IMG/VR virus record: IMGVR_UViG_3300017649_000010
Location: 1 to 39,187 of that record
Strand: one strand, 5' to 3'
Source: a virus
Lineage: Duplodnaviria; Caudoviricetes
Length of the DNA: 39,187 nucleotides
Shown here: in pieces, positions 1 through 7,908 of the stretch
Position numbering within the stretch: position 1 is the first letter of the stretch
Layout of the letters: every line of letters starts with the position of its first letter
Position numbers and translations under genes: made by a program
Notes under the pieces: model-generated
Told to the model about the DNA's origin: nothing
Databases searched by the model: none
The model's input: only the letters and a program-made list of their open reading frames with translations

Positions 1-310
1 CGAGCACCAGCGCGTCTACCTTGTCGACGTCGAGCGTGTAGTCGCGCCGGAACTCGCCGCCGGTCACCACGCCGTGGTAGCTCAGCACCACCGGCTCCTC
101 ACGATCCCACCCCAGCTCGGCGAACTCGCGCCGCCAGTGCGAACGCGCTATCGCCGGGCACACGATGAGCGGCTTGCGCACGTTGATGCGCTGCAGCCCC
201 GCGATGATCGTGCGGGTCTTGCCGAGCCCCATCGTGTCGCCGAGGTATGCACGCTTGCGGCCTGCGATCCACTCGGCGCCCGCGAGCTGATGCGGGTAGA
301 GTCCACTCAA
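1..310 (-). CDS. SNF2-family helicase, N-terminal part (runs off window)
   Basis: Manual translation from TTG at 310 (overlaps stop of 307..678): SGLYPHQLAGAEWIAGRKRAYLGDTMGLGKT...LIVCPA; Q motif, Walker A 'MGLGKT' and motif Ia. Confidence 0.88.
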   Translation of the reverse strand, partial: MSGLYPHQLAGAEWIAGRKRAYLGDTMGLGKTRTIIAGLQRINVRKPLIVCPAIARSHWRREFAELGWDREEPVVLSYHGVVTGGEFRRDYTLDVDKVDALVL

Positions 311-678
311 TCCTTCCGGCTCAGGTGCTCGCGCAGCGTATCGCCGACGAGCGTGAGAAAATCCTGCAGGCGCATGATGACGTAACTCGTCTTGTCGCCG
401 TCTTGGCGGCACACCACCGCAGGCAGGTGGTCGGCTTCGGTTCCGCCCTGCGCCTTGTGACGGCGGGCTGCTGCAGTCACTGCCTGCTGCATCCACTTCG
501 TTACGGTAGTGAGCGACGCGCGCCGCTTCGCTTCGACCACGAGCGGGCCGATGTCGAGGTCGTGCCCGCTGTCGCGAGCCTGCCCGAGTCGGCGCGTGAA
601 CGCCGACCCGAGCGAGTCTCCGAACGCCGCCGCGAGCTCGCGCTCATACGCTGCTCCCTTCCGGCGGCTGTTGGTCAT
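307..678 (-). CDS. PD-(D/E)XK nuclease, Holliday junction resolvase-like
   Basis: N-terminal 'SRRKGAAYERELA', 'GHDLD' and 'VVEAKRR' motifs typical of Hjc-like phage resolvases. Confidence 0.75.
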   Translation of the reverse strand: MTNSRRKGAAYERELAAAFGDSLGSAFTRRLGQARDSGHDLDIGPLVVEAKRRASLTTVTKWMQQAVTAAARRHKAQGGTEADHLPAVVCRQDGDKTSYVIMRLQDFLTLVGDTLREHLSRKD

Positions 679-1049
679 GCGAGGCCGGTCTGGCGTGCGT
701 CGATGAGGACGCTGCGACGCTCGGCGCGCTGGTCGTTGCTGCTCGCAAGACGCTTCGCGAGAGCCTTGAAGAGCGCGTGCTCGGCGACGAGGGAGCTCTT
801 GAGCGCCTGCACGCAGTCGTCCACGTTGCCGTGGGTGTAGGCTACGGCACGACGGGCAGAGGCGCGTTCCACTTCGCCAATCAGGCGCGCGAGCTCACTT
901 CCTACGGCTGCCTCGATGAAGCCGCGTGCTTCGGCTGCCAAGTCCATAGCCTCTCCGTCATGCCGCACCCGCTGGTTCGCCTCGATGACGTTGCGGAGCG
1001 TCTCGGCGAAGCTGTTCGACTGCGGTCCCGTCTTGTCGGTGATGCTCAT
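675..1049 (-). CDS. Hypothetical helical protein
   Basis: Start MSITDK at 1049 overlaps the upstream stop (ATGA); its own stop overlaps the next start. Confidence 0.6.
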   Translation of the reverse strand: MSITDKTGPQSNSFAETLRNVIEANQRVRHDGEAMDLAAEARGFIEAAVGSELARLIGEVERASARRAVAYTHGNVDDCVQALKSSLVAEHALFKALAKRLASSNDQRAERRSVLIDARQTGLA

Positions 1050-1552
1050 GGTATGAATCCCGTTTGCCGCAGCAGGCGATCTGCGTGAGCGCTGTTGCGG
1101 ACGTGCTGGTACACGAGCCCGCGAGTCGGGCAGTGTATGTGGTACGACGGCGTGGGGTACTTCCTGTTCGGGAGCGCGACGTGAATGAAGTTGCGATCCG
1201 GGTAGAGGATCACCTGCCCCGTCGGCCACCGTTCAGGCTCCACGAACATGATCTCGCGCCACAGCCAGAGCGCGCCGTCACGAAGCGTGATGTCGGCTGC
1301 CTGACCGAGCGTGTGTTGCGACGTGGGGCTGCCGCCGATTGCGCGGTTGAGCGCGAGTGAGCGATAGCCGCTGTTGATGCTGATCGGCTGGCCTGCAGCA
1401 ACACGCAGGGGCTCAAGCACCGTCGTCGCGAGCTGCCGCACGTTGTCGTGTATCGGGCCGCTGTCCGGCACCGGCTTGACCAAGTCAGGCCGTTGTGCCG
1501 AGACAGCGAACTCCTTCCATGCGAAGTGCGGCGTGATCTTGCCGCTAGGCAT
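1046..1552 (-). CDS. Peptidase M15A-family zinc peptidase (endolysin candidate)
   Basis: 'ITPHFAWKEF', 'ISINSGYRSLALNRAIGGSPTSQHTLGQAADI' and 'FIHVA' (H/D/H ligands); start 1552 with GAGG RBS. Confidence 0.88.
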   Translation of the reverse strand: MPSGKITPHFAWKEFAVSAQRPDLVKPVPDSGPIHDNVRQLATTVLEPLRVAAGQPISINSGYRSLALNRAIGGSPTSQHTLGQAADITLRDGALWLWREIMFVEPERWPTGQVILYPDRNFIHVALPNRKYPTPSYHIHCPTRGLVYQHVRNSAHADRLLRQTGFIP

Positions 1553-1982
1553 CCTCGCGCTTCTCAGGTGCCTGCTCGGTGCGGGCCACGATCCAGAAGC
1601 CGCCGTAGTAGCCGTTGTGCTCGTTGTGGTTCGCGAACTGCGCCACGCCCTTGCTCGTGGTGACGTCGAGGAACTGCACTTCGTGAACGTCACCCCACTC
1701 GCTCTCGCTGAGCGGCGCGGCTTCGCGCAGCTCGATGTTGTTGAGCGTCGCGCCGATGTGATACGAGAGATCGTCGTCCGTGCTCATGTGGCGATACTCG
1801 CAGCACGACTGACCGCCGTCGTAGAGCACGAGCGTCGTGCCGTCGTCGAGTGAGATGCGCAGGTTATCGTCGACCACTTCCATCCCGGTGATCGTCTTAC
1901 CGAGCGCGCTCTGCACCGCCTCGACGGTTTCGCTGTTGCCGCCGAGTATGCCGAGCATCACGCCGAGTCCGAGGTTAGACAT
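1545..1982 (-). CDS. Conserved phage hypothetical protein
   Basis: 'QSCCE' and C-terminal 'NEHNGYYGG' motifs seen in a recurrent phage DUF family (recalled, not searched). Confidence 0.6.
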   Translation of the reverse strand: MSNLGLGVMLGILGGNSETVEAVQSALGKTITGMEVVDDNLRISLDDGTTLVLYDGGQSCCEYRHMSTDDDLSYHIGATLNNIELREAAPLSESEWGDVHEVQFLDVTTSKGVAQFANHNEHNGYYGGFWIVARTEQAPEKREDA

Positions 1983-2262
1983 TGTCGGCGGTCTCGGTTG
2001 CCGCACCTGCGGCAGCCCCGCCGACTTGCGTGAAGCCGTAACTGGGTGTCTGCGGACGGCGCGCGTCGACGATCAGCCCATACATGCGCGGGCCGAACGC
2101 AATGGCGCCGAGGATAAGCAGGACTGTCGAGTCGAACTGCTTACCGATTGCCTGAAAGAGAATCGCCGCGAAGAAGAGGATCAGCGGCAGCAGCTTCTTG
2201 TGCGAGATGCGCCCGCCCCGGTCGTACAGGTCGAGCAATTCGAGCGCAGCGATGCGCTTCAT
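1975..2262 (-). CDS. Small two-TM membrane protein, holin candidate
   Basis: Two hydrophobic stretches, 95 aa, one gene away from the M15 peptidase. Confidence 0.5.
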   Translation of the reverse strand: MKRIAALELLDLYDRGGRISHKKLLPLILFFAAILFQAIGKQFDSTVLLILGAIAFGPRMYGLIVDARRPQTPSYGFTQVGGAAAGAATETADNV

Positions 2263-2292
2263 GGGGAATGTCTCGGGGTACTACCTGACGTA

Positions 2293-2493
2293 TCAGCGCG
2301 TGGCTACGCGCGCCTTCGTGTTCCAATCCGCCACGGCGTCGTTGTACGAGCTCCCGGCACCAGCGATGCCGTTGGAGCAAGTCCCCGACTCGCACGCGAC
2401 TATGAGGCCGAATGGCGATTGTGAGATGCTCGGTGCGTGTCCACAGCACCAGCAGGGCGCCGGTTCCGGCGTGACGAGCGACGGCGCGCTCAT
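2293..2493 (-). CDS. Lar-like (restriction alleviation) zinc-finger protein
   Basis: 'PCWCCG...VACESGTC...AVADWN' matches the Lar pattern CxxCG...CxxC...AxxxWN; start overlaps the upstream stop. Confidence 0.6.
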   Translation of the reverse strand: MSAPSLVTPEPAPCWCCGHAPSISQSPFGLIVACESGTCSNGIAGAGSSYNDAVADWNTKARVATR

Positions 2494-2690
2494 GGGCGAT
2501 ACCTCACAGTGACGCTGTCGGCGCAGACCGTCCACCAGCCGACAGGCGGGGTGTCGCTCCAGACTTGTACCACCTGCCCCTTCACCGCCTCGCAGTACGC
2601 CTCGGCGCGCGCCTGCCGTGTACTACACCCTGCCAGCAAAATCACCAGCAGCACGAGGACGAAGAAGAGCCATGCACTGCGCGCGCTCAT
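2490..2690 (-). CDS. Small lipoprotein
   Basis: Hydrophobic signal followed by lipobox LAGC; two further Cys. Confidence 0.7.
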   Translation of the reverse strand: MSARSAWLFFVLVLLVILLAGCSTRQARAEAYCEAVKGQVVQVWSDTPPVGWWTVCADSVTVRYRP

Positions 2691-2842
2691 GCCCTGTTCT
2701 CGTTCGCGAGGCGCTGCCCCAAGAGGCGCACCACCGCTGTCTCTACCGTGCGCAACGCTTCGCGCACCTTCGGCGCCTCGGCGTGCTCCATTGCGTACTG
2801 ACGCACGCCAAGGCGTAACTGCTCCAGCTCTTCCAACGTCAC
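2687..2842 (-). CDS. Small hypothetical protein (51 aa, not in ORF track)
   Basis: GTG at 2842 lies 8 nt after the conserved leader motif; MTLEELEQLRLGVRQYAMEHAEAPKVREALRTVETAVVRLLGQRLANENRA; stop overlaps ATG of 2490..2690. Confidence 0.65.
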   Translation of the reverse strand: MTLEELEQLRLGVRQYAMEHAEAPKVREALRTVETAVVRLLGQRLANENRA

Positions 2843-2873
2843 TGCTTTGATCTCGGGGTACTACCTGACTCGG

Positions 2874-3128
2874 TTACTTCTTCTCTCCTCGTTTCCGCTC
2901 AGCCCGCCGCGCCAGCCGAATCTGCACGATAGCGCTCTCGATCCGTTGCACGGTGTCGATTGTCGGCACTACGCGCTTGTCCGTCTTGCGGAACCAGCGC
3001 GAGACCTGCGAGGGGTGGATACCCATTACTCGTGCGAGCTCGCGGTTCGAGATGTTGAGGTCGCGCAATCGCTCTTCCAGCTCGGTCGCGTAATCCTCGG
3101 CAATCGTGATCGTGATGTGGGGCTTCAC
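2874..3128 (-). CDS. Xre/Cro-family HTH transcriptional regulator
   Basis: 'ISNRELARVMGIHPSQVSRWF...PTIDTVQRI' HTH_3 pattern; no peptidase domain. Confidence 0.88.
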   Translation of the reverse strand: MKPHITITIAEDYATELEERLRDLNISNRELARVMGIHPSQVSRWFRKTDKRVVPTIDTVQRIESAIVQIRLARRAERKRGEKK

Positions 3129-3202
3129 TTTCTGTATCTCCGTGACCCATAAGGTCTGGCGAGGCCCCGCCGTGAGCCCCGGTGCCCACGGCGGAATGGC
3201 CC

Positions 3203-3231
3203 AAGTTATGGGGGCTAGACACCCATGTCAA
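3203..3231 (-). promoter_or_regulatory. Sigma70 promoter with overlapping operator
   Basis: TTGACA-17-TAACTT; near-palindrome TAGACA-ccca-TGTCAA (3216-3231); hairpin at 3167-3194 just downstream. Confidence 0.7.
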
Positions 3232-3653
3232 TCTTCCAACGAGAGAAGGTACATCAGCTCTGTCCACGTATCGGCAGGAACGGCGTCCTGCCACACACCG
3301 GGCAGCGTGCGATAGCTGGCGTGCGCCTCATCCGCGCTGGCGAGCCGCTGCAGAACAGCGACTAAAGCCTTCGCGCGCTGAAAGTGCGCCATGCGCTGCC
3401 TCTGGTACTCTTCCACGGCGGCGGTCGCTTTTGCATACGCCGCTTCCAGCCTTTCGTCCCCGGCGTACGCCTGCTGCGCCTCGCCGCGAACCATTGCACG
3501 TATCCCCGCCTCGACCTCACCCAACAGCCGCGTCACCCGCTCACGCGGCACCTGTACGGTGATGTCTTCCGCCGTCCCCTCCGCCCTAACCGCTACTCTT
3601 TCGGCGAACGGCGCCCGCGCCGCCGCCACTGCGCTGCCGTACATCTCTCTCAC
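3228..3653 (-). CDS. Hypothetical coiled-coil protein
   Basis: 141-aa ORF co-oriented with its neighbours; Ala/Glu/Arg-rich helical composition. Confidence 0.6.
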   Translation of the reverse strand: MREMYGSAVAAARAPFAERVAVRAEGTAEDITVQVPRERVTRLLGEVEAGIRAMVRGEAQQAYAGDERLEAAYAKATAAVEEYQRQRMAHFQRAKALVAVLQRLASADEAHASYRTLPGVWQDAVPADTWTELMYLLSLED

Positions 3654-3681
3654 TCGTTCTGGCTAAGGGTGAAAGTGGGGC

Positions 3682-4068
3682 TCAGTCCTCTTCGTCCTCT
3701 CCGAGAGACGCCGACTCTGCCGCGCGCTCGTGCTGCACCCAGCGCGGCCAGTAATACGGGTCGTCCTCCGCCACCTGCGCGCAGATAGCCTTGCGCAGCT
3801 CCGCGAGGCACAGGCTCGCGTTCACCAGCGCCTGCTCGCGCGGGTAGATGTCGCCGTTCTCCATGCGCTGGCCGACACGGTTCGACGCGTCGATGATCGC
3901 CGCGCGGAAGGCGGGTGCCCGGTAGGCCGGGATGGTGATCGTGAACGTGAGCTCCTTTTCAGGCCGAACGAGTGTCAGGTGCCGCTTCTTCACTCCCGCG
4001 TTGGGGTTCTTGTTGAGGTTGCGCTCTGCTGCGCGCTTCCACTGACGCTGTGCTGCCGACTGCCGCAT
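3682..4068 (-). CDS. Hypothetical protein
   Basis: AAGGAG RBS; directly downstream of the promoter at 4135-4163. Confidence 0.7.
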   Translation of the reverse strand: MRQSAAQRQWKRAAERNLNKNPNAGVKKRHLTLVRPEKELTFTITIPAYRAPAFRAAIIDASNRVGQRMENGDIYPREQALVNASLCLAELRKAICAQVAEDDPYYWPRWVQHERAAESASLGEDEED

Positions 4069-4134
4069 TGCTGCAACTCCTTCGTTGGGGTTAGGTGTCG
4101 AGGCCGATCCCGTACCGGCCCCGAACGTGCAAGC

Positions 4135-4176
4135 AACTTAGCTCGCGTTGACATCTATGTCAACATATGTGTCAAC
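4135..4176 (-). promoter_or_regulatory. Sigma70 promoter with overlapping operator
   Basis: TTGACA-17-TAAGTT; palindrome GTTGACA-tcta-TGTCAAC (4147-4164); a second TGTCAAC 12 bp away (4170-4176). Confidence 0.75.
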
Positions 4177-4504
4177 GGCGGTAACATCGGCGCACTACTG
4201 TGGAGGGACTGCCGCAGACACGGTGCAGCAAGTGGAGGGGCGTAGCGGGCGCTACGTGAACGGTGGATGACCGGCGCGGGATGCCCGGTTGGCATACGCA
4301 GCGTTCGCTACCATGCCGATACGGCTGGCAGCCGGGGTGGGGTGAGTGCTGCTGATGGGAGGGCGGCTAAGGGGCTCGGCCCGATCAGCCGCCACGTCGG
4401 CTCGTGGGGTTCTCACGGACGGACGGGATTGCTGGTAAGGCTGGCTGTGCTGGCTATTCTACTGTGGCTCGCTGACTCTGTTGGCGGTGTGACGCTTGTC
4501 GCTC

Positions 4505-4936
4505 CTACTTCAAGTAGGGCCGGATGCGTTCAAGGAGCTCCAGCGCCAGCTTCTCCGACTCGCCCGCTCGCTCGGGTGGCAGAACCTCGCGGAGCCAATC
4601 GCGGAAGGAGAAGAAGACCTCGCGCTTGCGCTTGCCCTGCGGGAGCTCGAAGTCACGCTCGGCGGCGCGATGGTAGCCCGCCCGGAGCGCGGGTATTGTC
4701 CTCACGACGTCGCGACCGATCGCGCGCTCGTGTTGCCAATCGGCGCGGGCGTGCTCGACGTCGGCGCGTGTGATGGTGGCGATGTTCTCGCCACGGAAGA
4801 AGACCGAGACCTGCTCGGCGCCCGCGTCGATGAGCTGCTCGACGCGCTCTTCGGCATAGGCGATGTGAGTCGGGTAGTGGACAGGTCGCTCACCTTTAGG
4901 CACCGGGTACGGATGGAGCGTGAAGGTGTTCGGCAT
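4505..4936 (-). CDS. Hypothetical protein
   Basis: CCCCGAGA 7 nt before the ATG; promoter at 5018-5046. Confidence 0.65.
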   Translation of the reverse strand: MPNTFTLHPYPVPKGERPVHYPTHIAYAEERVEQLIDAGAEQVSVFFRGENIATITRADVEHARADWQHERAIGRDVVRTIPALRAGYHRAAERDFELPQGKRKREVFFSFRDWLREVLPPERAGESEKLALELLERIRPYLK

Positions 4937-4966
4937 GCTTCAGTCTCGGGGTGTTGCGCTGGATGT

Positions 4967-5036
4967 CTAATTTCTACAAATCAGTGGGGTTCGCTGCGCC
5001 CCAGAATTCGCGACCCCACTATATTGTAGAAATTAG
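4967..5036. repeat. Long imperfect inverted repeat
   Basis: CTAATTTCTACAA (4967-4979) / TTGTAGAAATTAG (5024-5036), plus inner AGTGGGG/CCCCACT and TCGC/GCGA pairings. Confidence 0.85.
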
Positions 5037-5063
5037 TAGAGAACAAGCGGCGTGTCACCCCGG
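5018..5063 (-). promoter_or_regulatory. Leftward promoter with upstream GGGGTGAC box
   Basis: CCGGGGTGACA-N6-TTGTTC-17-TATAGT. Confidence 0.65.
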
Positions 5064-5117
5064 TTGGCACGGTCAGCAGGCTCAGAGTTAAGGCCCTGTA
5101 GAAGCGCTTAAACAATC

Positions 5118-5231
5118 TCTGCAACGACTTGCAACCTATTTTAGTATTTGATCTTAAAGCACCTACTAAATTCTATAAAATAATAGGTATCTATAAGAAG
5201 GATACGGAAACTGGTTGCAAGTCGTTGCAGA
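5118..5231. repeat. 19-bp perfect inverted repeat flanking a 76-bp AT-rich core (origin candidate)
   Basis: TCTGCAACGACTTGCAACC (5118-5136) / GGTTGCAAGTCGTTGCAGA (5213-5231); core ~25% GC by hand count. Confidence 0.85.
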
Positions 5232-5300
5232 CGTTGCAGAGCTCTGGCCGCCGACCGTGCCCGGCCGCGCCGCCCGAGCACGCCGTCTGGAGCGAGATAA

Positions 5301-5346
5301 CGGGGGTGACATCCAACTTGACATACATCGCAACCCCTTCCATAGT
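5301..5346 (+). promoter_or_regulatory. Rightward (late operon) promoter with upstream GGGGTGAC box
   Basis: CGGGGGTGACA-N6-TTGACA-17-CATAGT. Confidence 0.7.
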
Positions 5347-5589
5347 TCACGCGTCCTGTTCGGTCTTCCGACCTCGACGGACACCAGAGAGCTTTAAGAG
5401 CGCCAGAGCCCGCCGAGTCTTCCCTTCCTTACTCACGCTGGCCGCTCTCTGATTGCGTGCAGCGGCTCCGTCGCAGCCTTTCGGCACACTCCATTCTATC
5501 GAGCCCGCTGTCCTTGGGGTTCAACACTTCATCTCGCCGACGCTGAACGCCCTGCACGCAGGCCAGAGCCCAGCACCCATACGAGTGTC

Positions 5590-5688
5590 GTGGAAACGCA
5601 GCTCGATCTGCTTGCAATCATCCTCATCCTCGCCGTTGTAGCTATCGCAGCCTGCCGTCTCAATACGCGACCGCCGAGAGGGGCGTAG
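5590..5688 (+). CDS. 32-aa membrane peptide / possible mini-lipoprotein (not in ORF track)
   Basis: METQLDLLAIILILAVVAIAACRLNTRPPRGA; stop is 2 nt before the terS start. Confidence 0.45.
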   Translation: METQLDLLAIILILAVVAIAACRLNTRPPRGA

Positions 5689-5690
5689 TC

Positions 5691-6239
5691 GTGGCGGGAC
5701 GCCGCAAGCGCGAAGTGCTGCGCGAGGAGCTGCTGCGTCGTGCTGTCGCGGAGCTGGGCGAGGAAGCAACTGCGTCGGACTACGTGATCCACTGGACGGC
5801 GAACGCGCGCACGCTCTACGAGCTCGCAGCGGAGCTGAGCAAGGCGAGCATCTACGAGTTCTTCCCTCAGCAGATACGCAACGTCTGCGAGGCCGAAGAG
5901 AGCGCGCCGGGCGAGTTCAAGAGCAGGCTGGATGCGGCTCGCGCGATTGCGGCCGAGCACTTCGTCGAGGAGTCTAAGTCGTTGGCAGACGACGTGATAC
6001 CGACGAAGGAGCATATAGCCAAAGCGAAGCTGCAGATCAGCACGCGCCAGTGGATCGCCGAGCGCTACAACCGCGACGCGTTCGGGCAGCCGAAGACGCA
6101 GGTGTCTATCTCCATAGGCAGCCTGCACTTAGACAGCTTGCGCAAGGCGCCGCCGCCACCGCCGACGGTGACCGCAGGGCCAGCGCAGCCCGCGCTACCT
6201 GCAGCCGCCGAAGAGGCAGTGGACGTCGAAGTGCTATAG
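5691..6239 (+). CDS. terS: Terminase small subunit
   Basis: 'AKAKLQISTRQWIAERYNRDAFG' Sf6/P22-like TerS motif; upstream of TerL. Confidence 0.8.
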   Translation: MAGRRKREVLREELLRRAVAELGEEATASDYVIHWTANARTLYELAAELSKASIYEFFPQQIRNVCEAEESAPGEFKSRLDAARAIAAEHFVEESKSLADDVIPTKEHIAKAKLQISTRQWIAERYNRDAFGQPKTQVSISIGSLHLDSLRKAPPPPPTVTAGPAQPALPAAAEEAVDVEVL

Positions 6240-6297
6240 CGAGCGCTATAGCCCGCGACCGCGGTGTCGGTAAGTCGCGATCTTCCAACGAGTTAGC
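6233..6297. promoter_or_regulatory. GCTATAGC-N4-GCTATAGC tandem plus CGGTAAGTCG-N6-TCCAA site
   Basis: The same two elements recur at 36631-36683 next to att. Confidence 0.55.
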
Positions 6298-6489
6298 GGA
6301 GCGAACCAGCGGACTATGAATCGGCTGGGCGCGAGCTCCCGGTCGATCCCCCCCCCCTTCAACGGATTCGGCCGGGCGGCTGGAGCGACGGCCCGGTCAT
6401 CACCCCCCGGCTTCACTGAACCGGATTCAAGGAGGTAGCCCGGAAAAATCGGCCGGGCGTTTCAGGCAGTACAGGCGGAACCCTGCGCA

Positions 6490-7908
6490 TTGAGCGCTGA
6501 GCAGCACCAGCCCGAGCAAAACCCATTCGACGCTTTCCGCGAGCGCTACTACTGGCGTCCGGGGCTCATGGTGCGTGAGGTCTGGGCCGTCACGCCGGAT
6601 AAGTGGCAGGACGACGTCATGCACGACGTCGCAATGGGCGAGCGGAAGATCAGCATCCGTTCGGGCCACGGTGTCGGCAAGACGACCACGCTCGCGTGGC
6701 TCATCATCTGGTTCATCCTCACGCGCTACCCACAGCGCACCGTCTGCACCGCCCCGACCAGCTCGCAGCTCTTCGACGCTCTCGCCGCCGAGGTTAAGCG
6801 CTGGATCGGTCTCCTGCCCGAGAACCTCCGGGCGCTGCTCGACGTCAAGACGGATCACATCACGCTGGCGTACGACCCCGCCGGGTCGTTCATCAGCTTC
6901 CGCACGAGCCGCCCCGAGACGCCGGAAGCGATGGCCGGTGTCCACGCCGAGAATGTCCTGCTGGTAGTGGACGAGGCGTCCGGTGTGCCCGAGCAGGTCT
7001 TCGAGGCCGGTGCGGGCTCGATGTCGGGCGAGAACGCGACGACGATCCTCGCCGGTAACCCGGTGCGCACGAGCGGCACGTTCTACGACTCGCATCATCG
7101 CCTGCGCGACTCGTGGAAGACCTACCACGTCTCCTGCGTGGACTCGCCGAGAGTGACGCCGAAGTTCATCGAGGAGATGAAGGAGAAGTACGGCGAGGAC
7201 TCCAACGCCTACCGTGTGCGTGTCCTCGGCGAGTTCCCCAAGGGGGACGACGACACGGTGATACCGATGGAGCTCGCCGAGTCGGCGCTCCTGCGCGACG
7301 TGCAGCCGATCTTCGTCGCTCCGGTGTGGGGTCTCGACTGCGCACGCTTCGGCAGCGACCGCACAGCGCTTACCAAGCGCCGTGGAAACGTGCTCCAAGA
7401 GCGCACCAAGTTCTGGCGGGGCCTCGACACGATGCAGATCGTCGGCGCCGTCGTGAACGAGTGGGAGATCACTCCCTTTCAGGACCGCCCCGTCGACATC
7501 TGCGTCGACTCGATTGGTATCGGGGCGGGCGTGGTGGACAGGCTGCGCGAGCTGGGTCTCCCGGCGCGCGGCATCAACGTCTCCGAGAGCCCGGCGTTCG
7601 GGAACCGCTTCGCGAACCTGCGCGCCGAGCTGCTGTTCAAGGCGCGTGATTGGTTCGCGGCGAGGGACGTGAACATCGCGGGCGACGCCGAGCTCGCGGC
7701 CGAGCTGACGGACATCCGATACAAGTTCCGCAGCAACGGCAAAATCCAGATCGAGTCGAAGGACGACATCAGAAAGCGCGGCAAGCGGTCGCCAGACCTC
7801 GCCGATTCGTTCGTGCTCACGTTCGCGAGCGATCCCATTACAGCGCAATCGGGCGGCACCAGCAACTGGTCGAAGCCGCTCAAGCGGATCATAAAGGGCA
7901 TCGTCTGA
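6490..7908 (+). CDS. terL: Terminase large subunit
   Basis: Walker A 'SGHGVGKT', Walker B 'VVDEASG', nuclease motifs 'GLDCARFGSD' and 'SPDLADS'. Confidence 0.95.
   Translation: MSAEQHQPEQNPFDAFRERYYWRPGLMVREVWAVTPDKWQDDVMHDVAMGERKISIRSGHGVGKTTTLAWLIIWFILTRYPQRTVCTAPTSSQLFDALAAEVKRWIGLLPENLRALLDVKTDHITLAYDPAGSFISFRTSRPETPEAMAGVHAENVLLVVDEASGVPEQVFEAGAGSMSGENATTILAGNPVRTSGTFYDSHHRLRDSWKTYHVSCVDSPRVTPKFIEEMKEKYGEDSNAYRVRVLGEFPKGDDDTVIPMELAESALLRDVQPIFVAPVWGLDCARFGSDRTALTKRRGNVLQERTKFWRGLDTMQIVGAVVNEWEITPFQDRPVDICVDSIGIGAGVVDRLRELGLPARGINVSESPAFGNRFANLRAELLFKARDWFAARDVNIAGDAELAAELTDIRYKFRSNGKIQIESKDDIRKRGKRSPDLADSFVLTFASDPITAQSGGTSNWSKPLKRIIKGIV

Noticed and set aside
4496-5029. Plus-strand 177-aa ORF
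   Set aside because: Shadow of 4505..4936(-), which has a promoter and an RBS-like motif.
4966-5040. TAATTTCTAC resembles the Cas12a repeat handle (possible mini-CRISPR or RNA anti-CRISPR)
   Set aside because: Only two copies, inverted rather than direct; no local TCTAC/GTAGA stem-loop, spacers or cas genes.
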